The position numbers were made by a program, and so were the translations under genes. From NCBI RefSeq assembly GCF_001186125.1, contig NW_014040431.1, positions 33,656 to 97,655 of the forward strand: a stretch of DNA of 64,000 nucleotides, given 5' to 3'. This document shows, piece after piece, positions 22,986 to 35,300 of the stretch. Every line of letters begins with the position of its first letter. The stretch's first letter is position 1. A model generated the notes under the pieces. The model was not told the DNA's origin. It was given only the letters and a program-made list of their open reading frames with translations, and searched no databases. Origin of the DNA: Sphaeroforma arctica JP610 (Eukaryota).

Positions 22986-25900
22986 TTAAGCGTTCTCGGA
23001 TACCCTGTGAGTTTTGGGTTTAGGTACAGTATGTCCGTGGTGGTCGACTGGACGTTTCATACGCTTCAATGTTTTTGGAACATCCGAAGGATGAGCAGTA
23101 AAGCTCGGGATAAACGCTGTTGGCGGGTAAATTTTAACTTCCGTGCCTTCAGACGATGGGAACAAGCAGTATTTGTCAGCCTGTGACTTATGTAGGCGTT
23201 TACGCCATTTTCTGTGAAAGGACTTTAAATAGTCCTGATTGTCAAAAGCGTCTGAAGTTAATTCAGCGATTGTACCGTCTATAAAGCGTGTACGATAGGA
23301 TGTATATCCTCCTTTATCCGTTCTCCATATAAAATCTTTGAATTCGGAGCGGTCAAGAGGTGCAGTAGAATCATGTCTTGCGAGAATAATCTCAGTAGTC
23401 AGAATCTGACTAGTGCCTATATTTAAAGCACTAGAACCGTCGGGGTTATTAACCTCATAGGCTCCACTTTTAGTGTCGGCTACAGAGATTATGTATGGTC
23501 CTATTCATTTCGATGTTAGTACGGTAGTATCGGAAATACTTTGACGGATGTTAACTCTGTCTCCAACCTGATACTCTGCTATCTTTTTGGTAGCATTCCA
23601 TCTATTTTGCCTTTTTAATAAGGCCACATTACGTGACTCTCGCAAGCAAGGATATACAACGTTGTGTATGCGTTGTACCTTCTCTAACCATGGTAACCCA
23701 TGGTGATCAAGTTCGTCCTTGTTAAAGGGTATTTGTAACTCACTATATCTGCTACGAAAATAATGAGCGGGTGTTGTTCCTGTAACCGGATCAGCACACT
23801 CGTTCATATGTGTTTGTACCCACTTAAGGTGGTACGGCCAATCATCTGCATCATCCGTTAATGCAGTACGTAAGAATAACTTATGTCTTCTGTGGCGCGT
23901 TTCATTAGCGCCTTGTGTTTGCGGTATATATGGTACACATCTTTTATGGCACATGCCTGATACGAGTACTAACGATTCCATTATGTCATCGCAGAACTCG
24001 CTACCGTTATCAGTGCACATGATACCTGGCCACCCGTGGTCAGCAAAGACTTGGCATTATAATTCTGCCACAGTCTGCGTACTCTTGTCCTTTAAAGGAT
24101 AGAGCAAGTTATACCGTTACATCATATCAAAGAAGTGGCATACGTAACGGTCGCCTTTGTGCTCGGACGTAGGCAGGTCAACCAGATCAATGATGACCCT
24201 GCGCCATGGAACATCTTCAGTCACACTCTTAAGCGGTGCGAACCCATAGCGCTTACTCTGGTTGAGATCACAGTCTGTACATGACTGATATACTCTGTCA
24301 ACTAAAGTTGCCAGCTTAGGGTGCGCGATTCCATTTCGCTTAGCATCTTTAAGTGCGTCTACTACGTTCTGGTGCTTCAGCTTATGGTTTTGCGTCAGCC
24401 AAGCAAGAATGTTTTTATCATTCTGCTCCACCAAAATAAAGGTAGAGTGTTGAGAATCCACTTGCGAGGTCTCTAAGTCTGTAGTGTTTCCAGACTCTTG
24501 TCCTTCTTTCGCATGAGTGTCATGAGTGCGCTCGTGTGCGTTTGATACACCTGACTTATGTAATAGTCGCATTATATGAGTATATACTTCGAGATTATCT
24601 TTCATTATTCCCTTTAAAAATAGGGGTTGAAAGACTTCGGGCTTGGACTTTATGTTATTAAACCGAGTCCTAGCTAGGGACTGACGCTTCTTAACTGTAG
24701 TGTCATTAGTAGATTGTATTTCTTGTGCACAGACTTCAAGTGCTGTGTTGCCTTTGAACTGCTTAACGTTCAATCTAGCGGAGAGTGGAATCTCCGATTC
24801 TTTGACTTTGTTAAGGAAGGTCTCCGAAGGGGTCCATTAGGTTGTTCCAATGGGACCTATACGACATATTATAGTATGTATATAGGTAAGTATCTACTTC
24901 CCTATCCAAATATATTGGCTCGCATTGTATCATGCTTATTAATTTATTGAGCCATGGATCTTTACTCCGTAATGGGCAACACAACGTGATGATAGCTTTG
25001 TGTATTTGAACATAATTTAGTAATTGGGCAATTAACTGCCATGGTGGATTAGCCCACGCATTATGTTTGGAGAGGTCTAGTTGAAAGACATCTCCCAAAG
25101 GACAAATTAAAGTCCTGTAATTCTTAAGTTGTGCATTATGATGTGCAGCAAATATATCATTTGTTTGTGGCCCAAATATCTTTTGAGCCAGTCCAAACCA
25201 CCTGGGGTTACATTTCCAATCAGTGGCTAGTATCTCACGTACGGATTTATTAAAGTCCGGTACGAAGCGTGATAACATATCCAGCAAATGGTTATGTATC
25301 CCTGGTAGTTGCTTGATATCAAAATAAAAATTTGATATTGTATCATGCCATCGGCTCAGTAATTGAGAGTCTGGCTTCATCTCCTTCATATATTGAAGGG
25401 ACTTCTGATCACACATCAGCGTAAAAGCTGTTCCGTATAAGTAATCGCGGAAGTGTGTTAGAGCTGCAACTATGGCTAGTAGCTCTTGCTTCACAGTTGG
25501 ATAATTCAACTGTGATGCATTCATTGCTCGGCTAAATAATTGTATATACCTAGGTTTATTATCTATAACCTGGTATAGTACACCTCCGGATGCTAAGTCT
25601 GATGCGTCCGTTGCTATTTCAAACGGCACGCCATCGACTGGTCCTTGTATAACAGGGGCTTGTTGGATTGCGTGCTTGAGCGCTTAAATGCGCCATCACA
25701 CTCTTTAGTCCACAAGTCTCCTAGTTTGCCTTTATGACATCTTAAGTGTCCAAAGGGTTCAAGATAAGCAGTCAAGTGTGGTACTCCATCTGAAAAGAAG
25801 TTTACAAACTCACACATGCTGTTCACATCTCTTCTTGTAGTTGGTGTTCGCCAATCTAACAGGCGTTCCACCTTACCGGGGTCGATTTAATACCTTCCCC

Positions 25901-26046
25901 AGATATACGATACCCTAAGAGCTGTATTTCGCTCATGGCGAAGTGACATTTCTTCTAGTTAATCTTGAAGTTTTGTTCGTTGAGTCTCTGAAGGACTCGA
26001 CAAACTAATGCGGCATGTTCGCCCTTCGTCTTAGAAAAGATGACTT
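22986..26046 (-). pseudogene. pol: Ty3/Gypsy pol remnant: RT C-terminus, RNase H, adenine-MTase-like domain, HHCC/DDE integrase, GPY/F motif, possible chromo-like tail
   Basis: RT end: VIFSKTKGEH...KCHF...LLGY. Ty3-type RNase H: TDASDLASGGVLYQ...NYPTVKQELLAIV...CDQKSL. Integrase: H..H..C..C, PWRRVIIDLVD, TDNGSEF, PYIPQTQGANE, then K*IGPY. Contains stops and frameshifts; the 5' half (gag, PR, 5' LTR) is missing. Confidence 0.92.
24860..25221 (-). other. Phage-Dam/DIRS-type N6-adenine DNA methyltransferase-like domain inside Gypsy pol
   Basis: DWKCNPRWF...FGPQTNDIFAAHHNAQLKNY...DVFQLDLSKHNAWANPPWQLIAQLL...ITLCCP...PW. Has a motif-I-like DIFA and catalytic motif IV NPPW (25039-25050), in the same ORF as the RNase H. 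Confidence 0.8.
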
Positions 26047-26075
26047 CGACCAATTTATTAAGTTCGGTCACCTTG

Positions 26076-26966
26076 TCAGAGTGAAAATCCTCTGCGGGTC
26101 GGTGTAAGGTGCTTTGTGAGGTATGTGTATGTGCTGTATATCTGATACCTTTGTGAGGTATGTGTATGTGCTGTGTGTGCGGGTGTGCCTTCAGCATGTG
26201 TTATGTCTGAGGTTGTGTCCTCATCATGTGCTGTGTTTGCGTCTGTGCCGTCAGCAGGTGCTGTGTGCGCCTGTGTATCGCCTGCACGTGCTGTGTGCAT
26301 GTGGGTGTTGTCTACACGTGCTGTGTGAGCGTGTGTTGATTCTACACGTTCTGTGTGTGTACGTGTGTCATTTACAGCTGCTATAGGTACGAGTGTATGA
26401 TGAGTGATAGTTGGCTGTGCAAGAGCACTATGTGTAAGAGAGTGTGTGTTGCTGTGTACATCTTCGTTGTGTGCATCTGATTGCTGTACAACAGCTTGTG
26501 GTACAGCATCGCTGTAATAGTCAGGTGCACCCGTACGTACTTGGTCTGAGCTGTATCGTGTGTGTGGTCCATTGTTTTGCACTAAAATTTGGTGTCTAGC
26601 TAAAGCTGCACGAGTAAGACCGCAAACCAGCATTGGTGTTCCTATAGGTGCATCATCACCATCTAATTCAGGAGGCGGAGCCAACACTATGAGCTGTGGT
26701 GACTGTTCTTTCTCTTTACTATATACATATCCAGAACTATCTGTGAACCCATAAACACTCAACGTGATCTTCCACATCTTCACTCTTCCTGTTGCCAACG
26801 CAGATCTCTTTGCACTCGCAACAGATGCTTTGCTCCAGATGTCCTTCCATCGCTATCCAAATCCATTCATAGCAAATCTGCTATCCATATGGTGCCACCG
26901 TATATACACGGTGGATCCCACCACTCGCTTGGCGGCTGCAGAATCGTTTTTAAGTACTTTAGGCAT
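26076..26966 (-). pseudogene. Probable N-terminal region of the piggyBac-like transposase
   Basis: ATG at 26966 (MPKVLKNDSAAAKRVVGSTVYIR...), one in-frame TAG, then His/Thr/Ala-rich imperfect ~30-bp repeats at ~26120-26400. It lies just inside the 5' TIR in the same orientation as the catalytic core. Confidence 0.55.
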
Positions 26967-27232
26967 GTTTAGACCAAGAACAAAGCTCACTAACCTACTA
27001 TACAGTACTCATAAATGCACCTACGTACACCTATGTATATCGTGGCACTTTGTGTATATCTCTTGATATATTAGAGGTATTGACAAGCAGTGAGTTTGGC
27101 GCGCTAATAAACTATGATTGGCTATTCAAATGGCCGTGTACGTACAACGAAATGCGGCTCATCTGAGTTGCCGTTACACGCCCGTTCAGGCGAAATTCGC
27201 CCGATTGGGCGTGTGGATAGAATAGACACTAG

Positions 27233-28810
27233 CAGCAAGGTTCTTCTTACGGGTACCGATTCCAATATGGACATTGACCCCAAAGCTGCTGTGACCCGTG
27301 CGAGCTCAAAGCTGCAACGCACATCGACAGCCGTTCTCAGTCCGATGCAAACTTGCAGAAAACGACTCGAGATAGCACTGCATCTCCCACGTCTGGCTTC
27401 AGTGAATCACATAATTAGTAACAGCACTGGCCTCCAGATTATTACACTCAATGCACACGGCTTAACGATACAAACCTAACAAAGCTTTCTACCAGAATCT
27501 ACACATTGTGCATCAATAGCGATTATTGGCCGCACATCACAATCCACGACATACCCTCGCTGAGGAGTCGTACTAGTATTATTGAAACACCCTCTCATCA
27601 ATTTCAAAAATACTACAGTACACTCACATCATATATCTTTTGACTTCTACCAGCCCACTATTGGTGCTATCTACATCCAATCCCGACTCTCTCAGTAAGC
27701 AGTAGCTAGCGCACTTCAATATATTAGCCACCTCCGCATATTACGCATAGGCGGTGACTTCAACATATGTGTGCCAACCACAGCACGAATATACGCGAAC
27801 ACAAACACCGACTCACGGCCAGTCCGTATTCATCATGGGCAGCGGACTCATCCGTATATCATTTCACCAACCCAAGCCGCCCACAAGGCACCAAGAACAG
27901 CTTTTATCGCATTGCGGTAACATATTACCTTAAGCCAGCCGGTATCGGCTCAGACCACAAGCACAAGCCCCTCTTGCACTCTCATCCCACCCTGCATGTA
28001 CTCTCAAATAGTCGAGGCAAACCATCTGATAGTTTTAATCTCTTTCGCATAAACATATCCAAATGAAAATTACACACCATCAAAGCTGAATTTTAAACCC
28101 TACTACGAGGCCAGGAACGACCTTGGGAACGACACCTTGCTACACAATCACCCTCAACCACATACGATCACATTACAGACCGCACATGGTCCCTTTTAAC
28201 AGGTGTTTACAAGTCATACATACTCACACCAAGCACCCTACACTATCTACCTCTCCTCTCAGCGCTTCGTCCTTCAGCGCCACATATCCTCCGCACATTC
28301 AGCCACTTCCAAAAATCAAACATACAGCCTAATAACAGACCCTACAGCACAAAGGTGCAAGGCAAACACGCTCCAGAAAGTATCACTGAACACTGGCATA
28401 CGCTATTCATGACATCAGGGAACTCTATTATGCACAGTATATTACATAACTTAAAGACTATGTGGAAATATCCGTCGCGCAAGGAGTCCGGTTCTGATGG
28501 CGTACACATCAATGCTTTCAAGGCCTGCCTCGAACTCCACCTACTGGATCACCACGATCGTGCCCTACGAGGCAAGCTAATCCCTGCCGCATTTTGACCT
28601 CAATTTCTCAGCAAACTCTTTCGTGGAATGGTATACAAAGGCGATTACCCCCCAATCTCTCTTAGACAAATTGTCCACCGAGTGTTCGAACTTGCCGTTA
28701 TACCCACCTTTCACACACACAACGCGTTTGAATTCTCACGCACACAAGCTGGCTACCAGCTACGATACTCAGCGCTAGGCCAAGCACTCACACTGCACGA
28801 ACCGTTGTTT
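27233..28810 (+). mobile_element. Decayed non-LTR retrotransposon (LINE): APE endonuclease plus N-terminal RT remnant
   Basis: APE motifs ITLNAHGL, IGGDFN and GSDH. RT motifs KESGSDGV, DYPPISL (YRPISL-like) and TQAGY. Many stops and frameshifts; the 3' part is truncated. Confidence 0.8.
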
Positions 28811-30254
28811 AATCACTTAATTTCATCCTTGATAACAACACAATTTTCTACTATTCTCTTGTTTTGAAAGTGTGTTACATTATTAACAAGCTGCACTAAT
28901 TGATCCATGAACAATTAATGTTGCGTTGCGAAAATCAGCTGTCCATACCTTTTAAATCTGCGATCCAAATCGAAATTGGCGAGCTCATGACCCTCTAGAA
29001 GGAGAAGAAGACTTATATCAGCAAAATATAGGTGAATGGCCATGGCGAGCTGCTGAGTTTCTTCGGTCGCCAATCTGTCACCAATCGATTCATAGTATTG
29101 CTTTCGAATATAGCCAGTGACAAGTTCAATTTGAAGAAAAAAATTACAATCCCAGAATGCTTCATCAATCAGCGAGATAAACCTGGGTGAGAAACTACGG
29201 ATGGCAATACATTATACATAGTTCGATCACAAAGGATCAGCATCAATATTAGAAAACTATGGACCTTTCGCCTTTCCGAGGCTTTGACGTGTTCCACCCT
29301 TTCACAGTAGATTTTGTTTTTGGCGCATCCTGTCGGTCTCGTTTATAAGACCTGCCGCTTGTCGATAAAAACTGTCGAACAAGTAGCATTAGCTGAGAGT
29401 GCTCGCATTGCTTAGCTGAGTAATACTACCATGAAAATTCATGGTATATAGTTCAATAACGCAGTTTCAGCTTTGATTGTAAAATTTTGTGGACTATTCG
29501 CCTTTTCAAGTTGTTACTTAACACGATTAGCTAGCTTCACTGGTGATCCATGACCGGAGCAATGTTGCCGAAAACAGATTTCCGTAAATTCCTATAGAAC
29601 TGCGCTGCCAAACAACTATCATTGGCAGGGTATGATTGCTCGATTTGCTTTAGGCGAAGCAGCAGTCAATTTTCGGATTATTCCAGAACGCTGCGCTCGA
29701 ATATGCAATTCTTAGTTTTACTGTATAAATATGTTTCTCGGAGGTTGGATATCGAAGTTGCCATACAACTTGCAGCATCACATTTAGGTGCGTGTCACAG
29801 ATTGCAGACTGAAAATCGAACGTCCAATTCTACAACGAAAATTTCCATTTTTTATGTTGTTGATGGTTCGGATTCTTTGTTGAGAGATGTAATATGGGCC
29901 GGATATACTAGCTTCCGATTTGCAATAATACGGTCGTTTTCAACAGGAACGGATTTCACAAAGAGGTATATACTTCTGAAAGTCGTGCTGTAATTACATA
30001 TTAGTGTGACACTAGCCGCGAACTGGCGATATTGAAATAGCATCGAGTGAGACATGTGACTTCCTTATCGCACGCGTTTGGTATTGGTTTGTATCAGTAT
30101 CTTTGAAACAGTTAGGCTTATGTGCTGGGTGGTACGAAACTTGACAAGTCTCGGGTGAAATCGTCTCACAATAATAGCTACAACTGCTGGGTTTATACTA
30201 CATGTAAGAGTGAGTCAGAAAGCATTGATGAAACATAATAATATGGTTACAAGC

Positions 30255-30890
30255 CAATCTTGGGAAAGTGAGCAGCTTATCTCATTTGAGCTTCAAAGTC
30301 TGCTAAGGGCAGCTTTGCCCGTGTGCTTGGCGATAAGTAAGGCAGCGCACTAATAAGAAAAAATAGTGATCGCTGATTACTTGCCATTACTAACGCGGAG
30401 TTTATCTATTGCACTAACCTAGCATAATAGAATATGTGTGAAACATACCATACTGTTCCAAGCTAATCTTGGGAAAATAATGTTGAGCAACTCATCCCAA
30501 ATGGGCTTTTAAGTTCGATAGCGGTGACTTTGTCGGTATGCTTGGCGATAAATAAGACAGCGCAGTGGGTAATTAGCACCAGTGATAGCTCAAAATGTAC
30601 GATTACTTAAGCGTATTTATGTAATAAATGCACTAAACCTAGCATTGAAAATTAAAAAAAACATAAATTGCATACAGTTCCAAGCTAGTCTTGATACCGT
30701 ATTGTTGAGCAGCTCATCCTTAAGAAATAGAAATTCAAGTTTGTTAACAGCAACATTGTCGGTATTCTTTACGGTAAGTAAAATAGCGCAACAAGTAAAA
30801 TAGCGCAACGGATAATCAGCAACAGTGATAACTGATTATTTGCCCTATCTCGGGCAAATTTATATATTATGTAGTGAACCTAGCATATAA
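30255..30890. repeat. Three diverged ~210-225-bp tandem copies
   Basis: Recurrent AATCTTGGGAAA..TGAGCAGCT..GGTATGCTTGGCGATAA..CAGCGCA..AGTGAT..GATTACTT..ACCTAGCAT blocks starting near 30255, 30462 and 30684. Confidence 0.7.
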
Positions 30891-32312
30891 TGGTATACAT
30901 AATAAGCAGCAAGAGTCTCAGCTTTCATATGATGCCAAACTCTTTATTTTAGCGAAGTAAAGACACACATACCAGCTACGGTATTCCACGTATTCCAGAC
31001 GGAAAGTGATACGCAAAGGGGTTCGAGCGATAGACTCCGTGGAATGCACAGTAGGGAAGAACACATTGAATGACAAAAAAAGAAATAGGCATGATCTTTG
31101 GAGTACAAGTATTGTACGTTTCATGGCCTTATAGCAAGTAAGCATCAAATATTACAGTAACGGTACAATTTCTGAGTGCCAGAGCTTTTGATATGCTGGG
31201 TAGATGATCGGCTGGATAGATAGATTGGCGATGATAGTTGGGAGACACAAATTGCTGCGGAGCACTATATTCGTTGATGAACAAGCTTTCGGATTGTTAA
31301 GTTTGGTCGGCTCATTGTGACCCACCTCACCTGGGCGGCACGAGAACTGTTTCACCTATGTCGCAGTGCACTTTAAGAGCACTATGTGTATGAAACCGAG
31401 CACATCTACGTCCAAAAGTGCTGCGAGGAATACTACATGATCCTTAGAAAGCTTTCTGAGTTTAAAAACAACATTGCTGTCTATCGAGCGACACGGCTGT
31501 CGCCTCAGTATATGAATTTGAAACTAGGTTAGTAACAAGAACCGCAATATCTGCTTCAGTTTATCACAAAGTCTCATTCATTGCTGGGTCAAAAAAATGT
31601 GTGGGAGTTTACAGTGCGGCATTCGATTTGGCACACTCGGTGGCAGAAAGTAGAAATGTACATCAATTTCAGTACCAAACATTAGATACACGTGCTTATA
31701 TTGCTTAAAAACGGAGTGCTACACGATAATCTACTTTTTATTTTTGAAAGCGAGCGAGCTTCAATACAAAGTCGTGACTTGCCCGGTAATAATTATATCG
31801 GTTGAGATTTGCGCATCGCCACTTCTTCATGCTTTTATTTGTGAATGATGGCACACCATACAATTTAACCAAGATTTCGAGTTTTCATATTGTGCTGCAA
31901 GTAAGCATTGGCGGTACATCTACGTCTTCACCGGACAGGCCCATGCCAAGTGGGTGGTACGGATATTGGGCTGTTTGGCGCACTTAGAAGTGATGGTTTG
32001 CAGTAAGTATCATACAAACTGGGCAACAATGCCGACCAAATGTGCTAAAAAACAAACAAACTGCAAGTTACACTGTCGTTATTATAAAGCGAATCATATA
32101 AGTATACTTATAGAGTGATCGAAAGAGCTTTTTTTCTCGCTGAAAATGCTAGCGCAAGTAGTCACAAATTTGCAGTACATAACAACATGCATGATGAGTA
32201 GCAATAGATGAACCTTGATGCTAAAAACAAACAAAAACTACACCAAAATATACAAGGAGCTCGAAAGCCAATTTTATTAGCGTAATTATGGCGGAACCAA
32301 AAAATCCTGTGT

Positions 32313-35300
32313 TTACTGGGCGGCACGGATCTTGGCACGCTTGGTGGTGATGGCTTGGAAACCGGAGTGGATGGTTGCTACGGAACACTGGGCACCACAC
32401 GACTGCAAATATTTTTGTAGATGTTGAAAAAAGAAGTAAACGGTGAGTGACTATTCTACGTAGCAACAAAGATCGGAAAGGGAAATTAATTAAACAAGCG
32501 GTGATGAAACGAAATGGAGAGTGTCCACATCACACTTCAAAATATATGAGCAATTAGGCGAATTCGATGTATGTCAGGGTCAGCTGGTACTGAGACATGC
32601 ACACACTGCATGTTTGTGCCACGACTACTCACTTCGCACTGCTAAACCCAAAATATATATAGCCAAACCACCAGAGATACGCTCGTATGTAAACATGTCT
32701 CATACGTAGGCAGTTATCCAACCCTGTGCATATAACACATAAGCGAAGGGGTTAAATGTCGATTGGATTTCAAACCTTGGATACACGCGAACATAACTAC
32801 GCTCCTTTACATATACGTATATAAGAAACATGCGTGTCAATACAACCCACCTCGCATTGCAGGAAGAACAGACGGTTGTCTTTGGTGAGGATAGTATCGG
32901 GGGACCGACACGTGTGACATGACACATATTCTCCTGTGGGAATGAAATTTTACAATGTGACATGAGTGAAAAGTATAATTCGAGATATGAAAATCACAGC
33001 CCTGTACAGCAAACTATATGCACAAGCAATGGCTATAGAAATCGTAATCCTGCGATAAAAATTCGATATCATAAAATAGAACGAGCAGATGGGACTGTTT
33101 GAGTATGCTGAAGAGTATGGGAACATGTGGAAGCATAACAGTTTATACGTAAACGAATTGAACAATGATATACACATATATAATAATTACATATCGAACT
33201 CGCACACGGACAGGGCGGACCTTAATTATAACCTCCTCAGCACATCCTTCTGCTCAGAAAGCACACACGCAAGAATGTAACTAAGCTTTTACACAGATAT
33301 ACACAACTAAATCCACACACAGATATATATATATGCACAAACACACACACATAAATACACAGCGCATAAAATTACCCACATACACAAATCAGATAAATTT
33401 ATGATTTCAGGCACGTGCATATGCATCTAGGCATACACTGCTACTATATACTCATTCGCGAAGATTCTACTCAGTGAAGTAAGGCTTGAGAACGCATGTG
33501 AACTTACGGATATACGATCGCAGCACATTCTCGATCTGCTTCTGCTGGAAACGTCCTTTAATTACCAATTTACTGTCACCATCGATCGAACCAGTAGTAC
33601 CCAACTCCGACAGTGCGTATGCCATCACGTGGTCGGGCAGACGGTGCACTCTATTGAGTTATTCCAGATACATGTCAGCATTTTGCGATATTATATTAAA
33701 TTGTATATGCATATATATACATACATATGCTTAGATGTGTATGTATATGTGTATAACGTGCAGATGTATATTACAGTTATAAAACGCTTCTTTGGATAGT
33801 ACGCACAGTTGAGATGGTGCTTATGCCGTCATGTGACTGGATATTCGATCTGCGCTATTGTTTTATCTGGGATCAAGCAGATGGTAAAACGTTTGGTATA
33901 CCACAAAATCCAAATAAGACACTGTATCTAATTTAGACCGTATGTACGCCAGTACATGATCGGACAGATACTATACTCTGTGCGACTATTCCGGATTGTA
34001 TACGTGATGAGTGTCTGTGAACGGATTCGCAAGTAGTGAATATGTGGACATGTATGGCAAACAAATAACTTGCTATCAACTGCCGACGCGCGCTTGCCAT
34101 CAAGCGATCGAGCAGAGCCTATACACTGCCGAGTGTATTTACATTCAGATCAAGCTTATGGTAGTGCGTATGGGGCTGCTGGTAGATGTGTACGCGGATT
34201 TGACGGTCAAGCCAATGTTCTGGTGATACTCTGATCGTGCACAATGTCCGGTGACAGTACAAATGCTACAGCTTGATGTACTGTTTCAAACTCAATCGAG
34301 GTGACAAATACATTGGCTCTAGAGAATCACAGTATCCACGCGTCAACTTTGAAGACTTAACAATACGAACAAATTTGTAAAAGGCTGCGCCAAAGCTGAA
34401 TACCTGTTGAGAAGCGACACACATTCATGGGATACGAACACGCACATACTAAATCACAAAGATAAACCCGTATACCCTCCAGAAAATAGCCCTTAGTATC
34501 GTGTTGATTTGTTTAGCTGCTGCATAGATATACTGGCTGGTGTCTGTGTGAGCGCCCTAGATTCTTATGCGTACAAACAAGTAAGCACAACGGTGTAAGT
34601 ACATACATGCACAAGTATACATACATGCACAAACATAGACAACAGTGTATATACATACATACACAAACATGCGCAACACGCGACTTACTGCTTGCAAATC
34701 TCGACGAAGTTGACAAAACCAGTACGCTTTGTTCCTATTCGGACAATCTGTGGCGGTCGCACGGTCACACGCTTCCTCTCTCCCGCAGCACTGTCTGGAT
34801 TACGTTGCTTCATTGTTTGGTATACACGTGCTAGAAGGTCCTCGTATGCATATTCGCGTTCACAATCCTGGAAGGTAGTGTGTGCATGTTAGAAATCTAC
34901 CTGGACGTCTCTTCCTGCGAGCAAGTGACTATACGAAAAGACCTATGCACACATGGAGACATACACGGATACAGAGGATCCACTATCATAGTACATGCAC
35001 ACTCGCACGTATAGGCAGGCAGCTCTGATCGGTGTCGACCGTTGCTACACACTCCTGGTGGTTATCGACTTAAATCATCGGAACACACCTGAGCCCAAAT
35101 GCTCTTCTCCTTGGTATCGTCGGCATCGTCTTCTAACAAAGCATCTCCTCCTTCGTCTTCATCCAAGAACGCAAGATCCTAAAGAATAAGAAAAAAGATT
35201 TATAATCTCATGTGAGTTGGTAAATAAAGGATGAGCATATATGTGACACAGATAAGGGCCATCAATACATGAACAACCATATGTACGCCATTGACGATGT

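Larger units (their letters stand above)
20157..27228 (-). mobile_element. piggyBac-like DNA transposon (decayed, interrupted by Gypsy) with TG...CA ends and CTAG target-site duplication
   Basis: Left end is TGTCTATCCTA; the reverse complement of the right end is TGTCTATTCTA. Both ends carry a subterminal CGCCCnnnnGGGCG palindrome. CTAG flanks both ends (20153-20156, 27229-27232). Transposase remnants lie inside. Confidence 0.8.

Noticed and set aside
24811..25629. A DIRS element as the explanation for the RH-MTase fusion
   Set aside because: The RNase H is Ty3-type, a DDE integrase follows, and there is a PPT, a TG...CA LTR and a family TSD. No tyrosine recombinase was seen.
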